64,000 nt of DNA from Azolla caroliniana (lineage: Eukaryota; Plantae; Polypodiophyta): assembly GCA_043228905.1 (NCBI GenBank), contig JBHGNT010000001.1, positions 20,708,001 to 20,772,000 on the forward strand, in the 5' to 3' direction. The notes beneath the pieces were generated by a model. The model was given only the letters and a program-made list of their open reading frames with translations. It was not told the DNA's origin and ran no database searches. Both the position numbers and the translations under genes were made by a program. Positions 52,403-63,742 of this stretch are shown piece after piece (positions within the stretch are counted from its first letter, which is position 1; every line of letters begins with the position of its first letter).

Positions 52403-52828
52403 GTGAAGATCGGGGAGAAGAAAGAGACCGTGGTAGCCTTGATCGACCACGGCTCGGAGATCAACCTCATGTCAACCGACTTCTACAAAAAAGGAAGATG
52501 GCCAATCAATACAAACCACGTATGGAAGATTCGCGCGGCAACAAAGTCTACGGAGGATTTGTACGGAGCTTGTCCCAATGTCAAAGTCACGATCGGGGAT
52601 GTGGAGATGGATCAACACTTCTTCGTACAAGAATCGGCGTCGCATCCTGTCATCCTAGGGCAACCTTATATCACATCATCTCGGATGGAGACCAAAGTGT
52701 TCGATAATGGAGCAGCCTTCGCACGAATAAAGAGTCTTGACAACCAAAGATCGGTCCAATTCCTAACGGTGCGAGCCAATCATGAAAGGAATCGAGATAG
52801 TCTCGGAGGCGAATCCTCGGATTTTTAG
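52403..52828 (+). pseudogene. Aspartic protease at the end of the disrupted gag-pro frame of element B
   Basis: 'ALIDHGSEINLM' and 'VILGQPY'. The upstream gag is broken by a stop or deletion and a 208-bp duplication. Confidence 0.85.
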
Positions 52829-55800
52829 AGCGGACTATTGAAGCATGGGGCACAAATAGTCCGAGCAATCACAAGACCCCACAAGAAAGAAGAGTGCGTG
52901 GATTGCAAGGAGAAGCAACATGTGTCACACCTAGTGGCGCATGTAAACTAGTACTACCCGACAAGAAGCACAAGTGCCGGATACAAGAATTCGAGAAGAT
53001 GCTGAAAGAAGAGAATATAATAGAAGAAGGAGAGTTCGTGACTCATATTATGGAAGAAGCCTCATTTAACGACACCATCGGCGAAATCGAGGACTTCGTG
53101 GACTTGAGCTATCTTCACAACCAACGCGTGATTTCGGTTAACTCTGTCAACATGTACGCTATCATCGATGAATACCGTCGTGGCATCTCGATGAAGGAAG
53201 CTGACATCAACACGAAATATAAAACGGTGGATAAGATGATCAAGCCAGTTGCGGTTCCGCTACCGGAAGATAGCTGGCAAAAGATGAAGGAAGTCGCGAA
53301 CGATCCAAGCTTAAGAGATCCGAAGAAGATAGGTCATGACTTCACCAAAGAGACGAAGGGGAAGCTACGAGTTGGAAAGGAGGATTTCCTTCTCCTTGAA
53401 GAGGAGCGAATGTTTCGCGATATGCTTGAGAGACATGGGAAGGCTTTCGCATTCTTCCCACGAGAAATCGGATGCGCCGACCCAAAGGTTATAGAGCCGA
53501 TGGTGATCTTCACGGTGCCTTATGTGCCTTGGAATTTGAAACCGAAACCGGTTCCGAGAGCACACCTTCCGAAGCTGATCGAGCTCTTAAAGGAGAAGGT
53601 GAGTATGGGAATTCTAGAACCGTCGAATGCTCCTTATTCCAATAGGTGGTTCACGGTGCCGAAGAAGAATGGATCAATGCGATTCATCCAAGATCTTCAA
53701 CCCGTCAACAAGGTGACAATTCGAAATGCCGGAATCGGTCCGAGCGTGGATGAATTTGCCGAAGTGTTTGCGGGCCGGTCCATCTACTCCATTGGCGATC
53801 TCTACTCCGAATATGACTAATTCCATTTGGCGATCGACAATCGGGACATTACAACCATGAGGACTCCGATCGGGCTTGTGCGGATGTGTACCTTACCCCA
53901 AGGCGCAACGAACTCAGTGGCTCATATGGTGAATGCCATGAATAAAGTCTTGAAGGATTGCATTCCGGATATCACGATGCCATTCTTGGATGATATTCCG
54001 ATAAAAGGATGTTCGGATGAGGAGAAAGATGAATCGAAAGATAAGGAAGGTTGTAGAAAGTTCGTTGCGGATCATATGAAAGATTGCGAGAAGGTGCTTC
54101 AAAGGGTCGAAGATGCGAATTTGACATTTTCGGGAGAAAAATCCGCATTCGGGCAACCGGAGATCTTGGTGGTAGGTCACTTGTGTGGAGCATATGGCCG
54201 GAAGCCCTTGCCATCCAAAGTGAACGCAATCCAAGACATGAAAGAAGAATGCGAAAACCAAACGGAGGTTCGAAGGTTCCTTGGAGCGTGCGCATTTTAT
54301 CATATATGGATTCCTCACTACGCTCATGTCGCCGAACCATTATATGGACTACTAAAGAAAAGAATAAAGTTCGAATGGCGAGATGAGCACACAAAGGCGA
54401 TGCGAAGATTAAAGAAACTGCTTCCTGAAGCTCCGACACTAAGGAAGGCCGACTATGCCGAAGGGAAACCAATTTACGTGACCGTAGATACGAGTCCAAC
54501 CGGAATCGGGTGGGTCATCAACCAAGAAGGTGAGGATAATGCGCGATATGCCATCCGGTTCAGAGCAAAGGTTCTCAGCGAACGGCAACAAAGATATGCC
54601 CAAGTCAAGCGGGAACTTTGGGGTATTGTGTCAGCAGTGAAGACAGACAAAGATTACCTGATCCGGTCAGAAGTGATAATAGAGATAGATTGTCTCCCAA
54701 TTCTCGGAATGGTCTCGGGATTTGCGACCCCAGATCTTGCTATGCTAAGGTGGATCGCCTACATCAAGTCTTTAAACCCAGAGATCCGTCACATTGCAGG
54801 GAAGAAGAACGCCATGACTGACATGCTGTCGAGGGCAAGATTTTCAAATGGAAGTAACATGGTTTCGGAAGATGAAGATGTCGCGCTCGACTTCTTCAAG
54901 GTGGCTCGATTGTCGGTGGAAGACCAGGACACGCAAACCCTCCACGCCTTCAACGAGAACGAGTACGAAGGAGAGTGGTTACTCATCGGTAGATTCCTAA
55001 GAACATTGACGACAGATGCTTCGTTGACAAAGGAGGAGGCCCTACGAATCCGAAAGAAAGCTTACCGATACTTGTTGAAGGGAGGATTCCTTTGGCGATA
55101 TCCAAAAAGAAGGACAGGAATACCACGTCGAGTGGTGGTAAAGAAAGAAGAGCAAGAGACGCTGATGACCGAATTCCATGAGAGTGCTTGGGCAGGTCAT
55201 AGAGGAACATGGGCGATGTTCGAAAAGTTGAAGGAGAAGTACTGGTGGTCAAGCATGTACAAAGATGTACTCCATTTCGTATCCACATGCGAAACTTGCC
55301 AAGTATATTCAAATATACGTCATCGTGATGAGTTAAAGCCGACATACCCACTCACCATACACTTCAAATGGATGGTGGATCTGGTCTTGATTCCAATGGG
55401 AGTGGGACAAATGAAGTACTTAGCGCTGTCAAGGGAAGACTTGACAAATCAAGTGGAAGGACGAGCCTTGACAAATAAGAAGACTTTAGCCGTTTGCAAA
55501 TTTCTACTTGAAGATGTTGTTTGCCGATATGGATGTGTAGGGAAGATAGTGGCTGACCGAGGGGAGTTGGACGCGCACGAAGCGACGGAGCTCTTCGAAA
55601 GACTAGGCGTGAAGCTCTCCCTCACGACTGCCTACAATTCGGAAGCAAATGGGAAGATCGAGCGAGGGCATGGACCTATCGTTAAAGCCATCGTACGGGC
55701 ATGCAACGGTCGAGTCAGGAATAGGCCACGACTATTACCCTATGCCTTATGGGCCGATAGAACGACACATAGCTCGGTGACAGGGTATATGCCGACGGAG

Positions 55801-56424
55801 CTTATGTATAGACAAAAGTCGATTATGCCCATTGAAAGGATGATCGCCTCCTGGGTAGCGTTACCGTGGGAGAACGTGATGAGCCGAGAAGAGTTATTAG
55901 CGGCGCGGATAAGGCAACTTGAAAGAAGACCTGAAGATTTAGAAAAAGCGCGAAAGATGATGAAGGCAGCCCGAGTAAAGAACAAAGTTCGGTTCGACAA
56001 CACGCATCGACTTCGTCCCAAGAAGATTGAAGAAGGGGATTGGGTTTTGGTTTACGACAACACCCTTGACAATCAACACAGTACAACATGGAAGTTTGCA
56101 AGAATATGGTTCGGGCCGTATGTGGTGACAAGTGCCAACGATAATGCCGCATACCACCTTGCAGAACTAGACGGATCAAGGTTGGCCGTACCCATTGTGG
56201 GAAAAAGAGTAAAGATTTTCAAGAAAAGACAAGACAAGGATCCTGACCTCGATTACCTCGACGATGAACATAATAGGCCGGATGAAAATGAAGACATGGA
56301 GGAATCTATTGATCATCGTAGCCGAAATCTCACTTTCTCTCTTCTTGGCACGTATCGGAGGACGTGTGGCTTGGTGGGGGTGGATGTCGTGAAGATTTTC
56401 GGCAATAGTGTGAAAATCCCATAA
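52819..56424 (+). pseudogene. Element B pol (RT, RNase H, integrase) with a single in-frame stop at 53818-53820
   Basis: ORFs 52894-53820 and 53827-56424 share a frame. RT 'LPQGATNS' and 'PFLDDIPIKG'; RNase H 'VDTSPTGIG'; integrase 'HESAWAGH..CETC' and 'ADRGEL'. Confidence 0.92.
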
Positions 56425-57263
56425 AACGTACGAAATCGAGTAAGAATCACATAATACAATAATTGTGAAGATAACATTTTTAATATCTAAGTACAAAATG
56501 ATGGAGGTTTCGAATGCACTTTATTACACGAGAAATGGACAACTAAATGTCAAGATATGAGGGTATAATGTTTGTGAAAAGAAAAGAGAAAATTGTGAGA
56601 TATCCCACATAGGCACGACAAATACGGCTCTCATCATATATAAGGTGGAGCAAAAGATATTATCTTTGTGTCTATGTGTGGAGCATAGAGAGTTCAAGGT
56701 AACTTGAACTAAGAGTGGAGGTGGGCTAGCTACTCGTAAAGGGTTTTGGCCAACCAAAACCAGACCGGCGATGGAGACGGTGAACCGACGGTATCCGGCG
56801 ACGCACCGGTAACCGACGGCATCCGGTGACTATATAAATAAATATATAAATATATATACAAATATACATATACAAGGAGGGAAGTAAGGATTCGAACCTT
56901 GCACCTCTGAGTTATGAGTCAATTGGCTTACCATTAAGCCATGCTATTTAGTTGAAATTATATTTCTATCATTGTACTTTTACATGTAAATTCTCATACA
57001 TGAGAGCTAAAATGAGTGACATGGTTATCATGCACCACATGTAATACATAAGCGCCAAATGGCAAACATGCAATTTATGCATGTCTTGTACCCTCACATG
57101 CATCATATGCATGAGAGCATCTATAAAAGAAGGAAGGGGGAGGAGAAAAAACACGGTTTTTTTATGATTATGAAATTAAGAAGAAGAGATTCGTTATCAA
57201 ATTGATGGTGTAACTTGTTTCTTAAATCTAAAGTTAAAAGTTCAATCAATCTCTCTCAATCGT

Positions 57264-60200
57264 TGTCGCGAAGATTCGCGCGTGCGTGTGCTACTCGAGC
57301 GACCACCGGGGTCTTGGACTAGGGAGGATGTTCGCAGAATTGTCGAAGAGATGAAGATCAATGTAAGATTAGATGAAATTGGTTTACTTGAGAAGAAGAA
57401 AGATTGTACACTTGAGAAGTAGAAAAATATGAAGATGATAAAGACAAATATAATTATATTGATGATAATGGTGTTGGTGATATCACATATTGAGCCCCCC
57501 TTACACAAGCCCAACTAGAGGCTTTTATAGGTCTTTCCATGCTCGTGACATGCACATAACCATGGGCTAAAACCATGGTTTTGTGCACACGGTTTTGCTT
57601 ATGTCATGCACAAACCATGGGTTTAAAACCATGGTTTTGTGCACATGGTTTTCTATGGTTGTTTCGTCTATAATTTGTATATGAAAAGGAAATACATATA
57701 ATCTACACTATATGATAGTTGTCCTAGTGGTAAGGCAATTATCTTGTATGTTAGAGGTGCAAGGTTCAATCCTTGCTTGCACCCCTCTGTATGAACTCAA
57801 GTGCCACTAGGCTAGGTTTATTTGCTAAGTGCATGTGCAATGTTGCACATCCTTGGTTTATTCGTCTCACTCGGTTTCACACCGTAGCCGAAAATCGTCA
57901 CGACATCCACCCCCACCAAACCCGCACATCCTCCGGTATGTGCCGAGAACGGTGAAGAGGTGAGATCTTTGGCAACGGTGATTAACCGAGTTCCTCTGCA
58001 CGCTCGTTGACTTCGTCTTCCACTTCGAGTATGCGCAATCTTTCCAACCGAACCACCGTAGCCACCCGATCCACCATATCCGGCGCTCACACCTTCTTCC
58101 CCGATCGGTTGTAGTAGATCTACCGAACGATGTCGTCGATACGACCGCTCTTCCTTCGTCCACCGCGCGTGTCCTTCGATTGGACTCCTGGCCACTCCTC
58201 ACGCTCACCGTCTTCAACTGGGTATTGTAGATCGTTCGTGTCGATCTCCGATTAGGCCGGGTTTGCCCTTGTCCGGATCGGTCTCCACCGATCGCTTCTT
58301 GGCTTGGTTGGCCTTCGTCTGCATTCACATTTCCCCGAGTCGGGCTCGACCGATTGATTCTGGCTGGGTCGGCCCCCTTTTGGATCGGAATCGTCCGATC
58401 GATTTTCGCCGAATCAGGTTTCGGCCGGGTCGGCCCCGGTCGATCGGCTCCCATGTGGATCTTCCTTCGTTCGGGCCGGAATCTCGGCCGGATCGTCTTC
58501 CGGTTCGACCGGTTCTCGACTCTTCCTTCCTTCCCGCATGTAACCTCTCCATCGAACTCAACCGCGGCTTCATCCTTGGCCTGCTCGTTGGCCATATCCT
58601 TCCCTTCGTGTATGCTCGCCTCGAGCCATATTGTCTCCTCTTCGCCACCTCCTTTATCTTCGGTCTTATGTCGACACACGGTCTCGACTGCCGAAGTCTC
58701 CGGAACCAGTGTGAAGGAATCCCTTCGTTCATTTACATTTACCTTGTCTTCTTCATCGCCCTTCCGGTCGTCCTCTTTTTTGTCCACACATTCTGTCTCT
58801 CCGGTCTCACGTTGGCGCACGTGCACAACCGCCGAAGTCTCTAGAATAGGTGTGGGGATATCCTTTCTTCCTCGATCTTCTTCCTCCTTGTGTTGGGCCT
58901 TCGTCTTCCCGTCACCACCTTCCGTCTCTCCGGTCTCACGTTGGCACATGGGCGCAACCGCCGAAGTCTCTGGAACAAGCGTGAAGAAAGTGTCGACATG
59001 GCTATCCGTCGTCGACTCATCCATAGCCACCTCCGACTCGATGTCGTTTGTCATGGCTACCTCCTCAATCTCTTCAGACTCAAACACTTTTTCTCCCTCG
59101 ATCATGCAAGCTTTTCTCATGCTTGCGCCGTCATCACCCGATGTTTCGTACACAATGCGTGTTCCGAAACATTTATCCTCCCTCGAAGTGGCGTTCGCCG
59201 TCCTCGAGTCATCGGCCTCCTCCTTCGCCGTCGTTTCTTTGTAAGACAAGAAGGTGACTTGTTTCACACCTTCTCTCTCGGTACCGTCATACCGAACCAG
59301 AGCCTTTGTATCGGCCACTTCATTAACCCGCATTTGTTGGGAGGTCTCTTCTTCCTTGATCACCATTCGCCTCGGTTTTGTCTCCCTTCTAAGCTTCATT
59401 TCTTTTGTTGGTGGTGCGTTGTTGCATCTCGTCCCTCTTCGATCGTCCCTCATGGGCCGTCTTGTTGTCGTCGATATTCTCGCTTGCCCCTTATCGTGTA
59501 GTCGGCATACACTTTCCACTTTGCTCCAATCCTCGATGAGGCCATTTGCACCGTCATCTTCTTCGAGTTTGAGGCCGATCGCCATCCTTTCCATTCGATC
59601 GATTGACTTCACGAACATAAGGACCTTATCGATCCCCACCAATCTTTGTTCCCGCTCCGACAATTGAGAAAAATGATGCTCGAAGTCTACGAATGCTTGT
59701 GTCGCACCTTGGTAGGTCTTCGCTGATGTCACCCATTGGTCGAAGTTGCGTCGATCTTGTCCCTTTAGTCTCTCATAGTCATATTCCTCCAATAGAGCCT
59801 TCTCGAAAGTCGCCCACGAATCATGAGCTTCTAGAAGCTCTTTTACATCTTTGAAGATCGGTTGAGACACCACCCGACAAAAGTACTCTAGCCTCATAGC
59901 TTTGTCCACCCCTCTTGAATCCATCTCCGCATTGTAGACTTTTAGGAAACTTTGGACTTCGGCACCGTTGAAATAGCTCATTCGTTCGACTACTTTGTCG
60001 ACGGCTTGTTGGGCTTCATTTCTTCTTTTCTCTTCTCTCAGAAACTCCATCATCCTTCTTGACATTGCCTCCATGAGATATTCGCCATCCATCTTTGTCC
60101 TCCCCTACTGCTCTTCACGTCGGGTTCACCAAATGATGTCGCGAAGATTCGCGCGTGCGTGTGCTACTCGAGCGACCACCGGGGTCTTGGACTAGGGAGG

Positions 60201-60779
60201 ATGTTCGCAGAATTGTCGAAGAGATGAAGATCAATGTAAGATTAGATGAAATTGGTTTACTTGAGAAGAAGAAAGATTGTACACTTGAGAAGTAGAAAAA
60301 TATGAAGATGATAAAGACAAATATAATTATATTGATGATAATGGTGTTGGTGATATCACATATTGAGCCCCCCTTACACAAGCCCAACTAGAGGCTTTTA
60401 TAGGTCTTTCCATGCTCGTGACATGCACATAACCATGGGCTAAAACCATGGTTTTGTGCACACGGTTTTGCTTATGTCATGCACAAACCATGGGTTTAAA
60501 ACCATGGTTTTGTGCACATGGTTTTCTATGGTTGTTTCGTCTATAATTTGTATATGAAAAGGAAATACATATAATCTACACTATATGATAGTTGTCCTAG
60601 TGGTAAGGCGATTATCTTGTATCTTAGAGGTGCAAGGTTCAATCCTTGCTTGCACCCCTCTGTATGAACTCAAGTGCCACTAGGCTAGGTTTATTTGCTA
60701 AGTGCATGTGCAATGTTGCACATCCTTGGTTTATTCGTCTCACTCGGTTTCACACCGTAGCCGAAAAATCGTCACGACA
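57264..60779 (-). mobile_element. Gypsy element C: young Gag-only non-autonomous LTR element inserted in the 3' LTR of B
   Basis: LTRs 57264-57905 and 60137-60779 are nearly identical; TSD TCGT at 57260-57263 and 60780-60783; Trp PBS (reverse complement) at 60115-60131; PPT at 57906-57917. Confidence 0.95.
57867..60092 (-). CDS. Gag-like protein (741 aa) with a long charged, low-complexity C-terminal region and no pol domains
   Basis: The N-terminus 'AVDKVVERMSYFNGAEVQSFLKVYNAEM' aligns by eye with element B gag 'AVDRVVELEGQFDGRNVTKFLDAYRREM'. The ORF is uninterrupted. Confidence 0.8.
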   Translation of the reverse strand: MDGEYLMEAMSRRMMEFLREEKRRNEAQQAVDKVVERMSYFNGAEVQSFLKVYNAEMDSRGVDKAMRLEYFCRVVSQPIFKDVKELLEAHDSWATFEKALLEEYDYERLKGQDRRNFDQWVTSAKTYQGATQAFVDFEHHFSQLSEREQRLVGIDKVLMFVKSIDRMERMAIGLKLEEDDGANGLIEDWSKVESVCRLHDKGQARISTTTRRPMRDDRRGTRCNNAPPTKEMKLRRETKPRRMVIKEEETSQQMRVNEVADTKALVRYDGTEREGVKQVTFLSYKETTAKEEADDSRTANATSREDKCFGTRIVYETSGDDGASMRKACMIEGEKVFESEEIEEVAMTNDIESEVAMDESTTDSHVDTFFTLVPETSAVAPMCQRETGETEGGDGKTKAQHKEEEDRGRKDIPTPILETSAVVHVRQRETGETECVDKKEDDRKGDEEDKVNVNERRDSFTLVPETSAVETVCRHKTEDKGGGEEETIWLEASIHEGKDMANEQAKDEAAVEFDGEVTCGKEGRVENRSNRKTIRPRFRPERRKIHMGADRPGPTRPKPDSAKIDRTIPIQKGADPARINRSSPTRGNVNADEGQPSQEAIGGDRSGQGQTRPNRRSTRTIYNTQLKTVSVRSGQESNRRTRAVDEGRAVVSTTSFGRSTTTDRGRRCERRIWWIGWLRWFGWKDCAYSKWKTKSTSVQRNSVNHRCQRSHLFTVLGTYRRMCGFGGGGCRDDFRLRCETE

Positions 60780-63742
60780 TCGTGTAATCTCAACTTTTCT
60801 CTTTCCCAATCTATCTTAAGTACTTTCTCGCTAAAGCTTGCGCCAAAGCTTGTACCGACTTTGAATCCTTCCGGTCCAGAACCCCGGCGGTTCCGCCTCA
60901 CGATCCGCGCGTAGTGACGGATCTTCACGACAACGCGTCAAGGGTGATCGTCCGGTAAGCTGTCGGGGACACCCGGTCAAGGAGCGGTGTGAGAGCCGGA
61001 AAGGGCACACCCAAAAGCGGATCGGAAGACGTGTGTGTGGCCATCGAGGGCCAAAGCAACGCACGGGTAAGGGACGACGTTCGGCATAGGCGGTGCCAAA
61101 CAAGGAAGGCGGAAGATGGCACACGGCGGTGCCAGGAACGAGAGCACGGACGCGTAAATAGACTATGCGGAATGGAGACAGGAAACAAGATTGAGGGCCG
61201 GAGAAGGATCCTCCACACCCACTTCAGAGATCTTGGTGGCTCAATCGCAGTGGCAATGATTGGTGTGGTGTGATAACAAGCTGGTGGGGGCGAGGGGACG
61301 ATGGCAAGCAGAAGGCTCCAAACCGGTGGCAATAACGCAAGACGAAAGTGGCCAACCTGGCTACTATGGGGTGTTCGTCGAATGCGGAGGACACCGGTAC
61401 GTGGAGAAGCGTCAATGCACGATCTAGCCGGGCGAGGGCCGACGACGAGTGCATGGGAAGTAACCGGAGTTTGGCACGAGCGGAGCCGAACACGAGAAGG
61501 GGATTGTTACCCTGTACGAGTTGTACGGAGAGTCAAGTGTGATGAGCGAGGGTCGAATATTATCATGATGATGTTGTATATGTGTAGGGAACATAAATGT
61601 AATTGTGAGTTGATATGTATGTGAACACATGCACACGTGTGTGCATGTGGAGGGATACGATGAGGTGTGAGTGAGTGTCCAGTATGAATGCTCTATGGGG
61701 CTTACACCCCTTTGTAACTACCCCCTCTTGTACTATTTAACCCCTTATGGGGAATGAATGAAGGATAAACCATTTTCTCTCCTAATCTCTCTCTTGTCAT
61801 CCCTCTTTCTCTCTCTCTCTCCCCCTCAACGTTGAATCCCCTTGGGAGGGGGGTGGAGCCATTCTAGGCACCACCCCCCACCCCGCAATGCTTCTCTATG
61901 CTTCTCTATACGATCTCTCATCATCATGCTCTTCATCATCTTTGCTATATCACCATGTCTATCTTTATCATGATTATCATCCTTAACCCTAACCCTAACT
62001 CTAAAACCTACAACAGGGATGCACGGCACACGGAGGTGCTAGAAAAAGAGTACAAGTGCGAAGGCGGGTTGCCGGTCTAGGTGATCTCGCATAGAAGGTC
62101 GGAGAGGGATCCTCCACACTAGTTCCGAAGACCTTGGCAGTTTGGCCGCCGTGACAACGTAAGACCAAGGAGAAGGTAGGTGGCGGCGAGGGGACGATGG
62201 CGGTGGAGATCGGCTCGGAACGAGAACCGGGACAAGGCGAAGGTCGATGGAGGCCTAGCGGGTCATCACAGGTGCTCCTCGGACAGAGGACACCGCGTAC
62301 CCGAAGGGACGAGAAGCGTGCATGCGGTCGAAAGAAGGGCCTACGGGAAGCACGCACACTACCGGATCGCGGCGAATGACCTATCGACGGGTCGAACAAG
62401 CCTACGGGTAGGCAAACTTGGAGAAGGAACCAGAGCCGACGGTTTGGACCGGCGAGGCTAACGTGCAGCCAGAATGAGGATTACGGAAGTTCGGTTCCTC
62501 ACCGGTCGGAATCTTTCACCCTTCTCCGAACTTGGCACGTACCGGTGGACGTGCGGTTTGGTGGGGGTAGATGTCATGAAGATTCCGGGCCATGGTGAGA
62601 AACCTGGGAAAATCGGAAGAATCGGTGGAATGCATCGCGTGCACTCACCCTTGTTAAAATGTGTGAATAAGAGGGGGGCCTTAATGGCGCCGAGTAGGAG
62701 TTAATTTGGGACAGAAAATCCCTTGTAAGTCGGGATTTATCCCAAATAGTCACGCGACCCTCACCTTGTTCTATAAAAGGGAGTGCGCGCCCCTTGTAAA
62801 AGGGTTCCTCATTTTTGAGGTTCTGTAGGTTCCATTTTTGGTGTTAATAACTTATGAGCATAATGTCTTTCTGTCTTCTTTTCATCTTGGTGTGAGTGTT
62901 GTCTCTATTCTCTGTTAGGGTTTCATCTTGGTGTGTGTGTTGTCTCTATTCTCTGTTAGGGTTTTGGTGTCATCTGTGTGGGTGCGTAGGTGGCATATTT
63001 AGTTGTGCTGGGAAACGTGCGGACTGTCTGCACCTTCCCTGAGTTCCTGATTGTTGGTTCTCAGTACTCCACCGTCCGGTACGTCTATGTGTGGGTGTTG
63101 GCTTCCACTGCTTGTGAAGAGCCCACGCACTAGGTGGTTTGTTGGCAGGTTTCCCTCCTTGGCGGGCAGGACCCAACTCAGTTCAGCGAGCCCGTGCGCC
63201 CCCCTGAAGGCGGCTTTGTGTCAGGAGGTGGTCGTTCTGGAAGAGGCATGCCCTACACGAGGGTCCCATTGCACGAACGAGCCTGGGAGCTCCCCGAACG
63301 GCCCTAGGATGTAGGCTCCCTGTTCCTCTTCGTGTGGAACTCGCGTCACAACGAGCATCGCGTGTGTATGTGTGGGTGTGTCTCCGGATAACGTAGGGTC
63401 CGAGAGCGGGTGTGTGCGTGGTTGCCGGTGTAGAGGTTTCGGTTGTAACTAGGTGTGTATATGTGCATGTGTGTGTGCGTGGGCGGGGTTAACCCGACCG
63501 TGTCCCCTGCCTCTTTTTGCCCCCTGTACATACGAGCGAAATCGGGTGGCATGGACGAGGGCGCGCTCTCTCACTTCCCATGGGATTACCGGTTGCGACC
63601 GGAGAGTATCTGGGATCGAACCGGCTGGCAACGCGGCAAGCTCCGAAGGATTCAGGTTCTCGGCAACTCCTCCCCTCCTGGTCCATGACCCCGGTGCTCC
63701 AGCCCATATCCAACATGCAAGCGCGGATTATTGCGACATCGG

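Larger units (their letters stand above)
49865..60932 (+). mobile_element. Gypsy element B (non-chromovirus, near-autonomous): 5' LTR 49865-50985; 3' LTR 56385-57263 plus 60784-60932, split by element C
   Basis: TSD ACGC at 49861-49864 and 60933-60936; PBS TGGTGAACCCGACGTGA at 50994 (tRNA-Trp); PPT GGTGGGGGTGGA; gag from 51053, protease, RT, RNase H, integrase. Confidence 0.95.
46422..63738 (+). mobile_element. Gypsy-type element A: non-autonomous and LARD-like, LTRs 46422-47593 and 62572-63738; hosts a solo LTR and element B
   Basis: Two diverged LTRs of about 1.17 kb; tRNA-Trp-type PBS (TTCGTGAACCCGACGTGA) at about 47597; PPT GGTGGGGGTAGA before 62572; TSD GCGG/TCGG (one mismatch). No pol domains were found in its own internal sequence. 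Confidence 0.88.

Noticed and set aside
56878-56947. Functional tRNA-Met gene
   Set aside because: The acceptor stem does not pair convincingly and the sequence is an integral LTR part; reported as a tRNA-like module instead.
58263-59667. Long plus-strand ORFs of 193-296 aa
   Set aside because: Antisense shadows of the 741-aa element C ORF.
61983-62010. AACCCT repeats as an interstitial telomere
   Set aside because: Only two or three imperfect units inside element A; too short to support.
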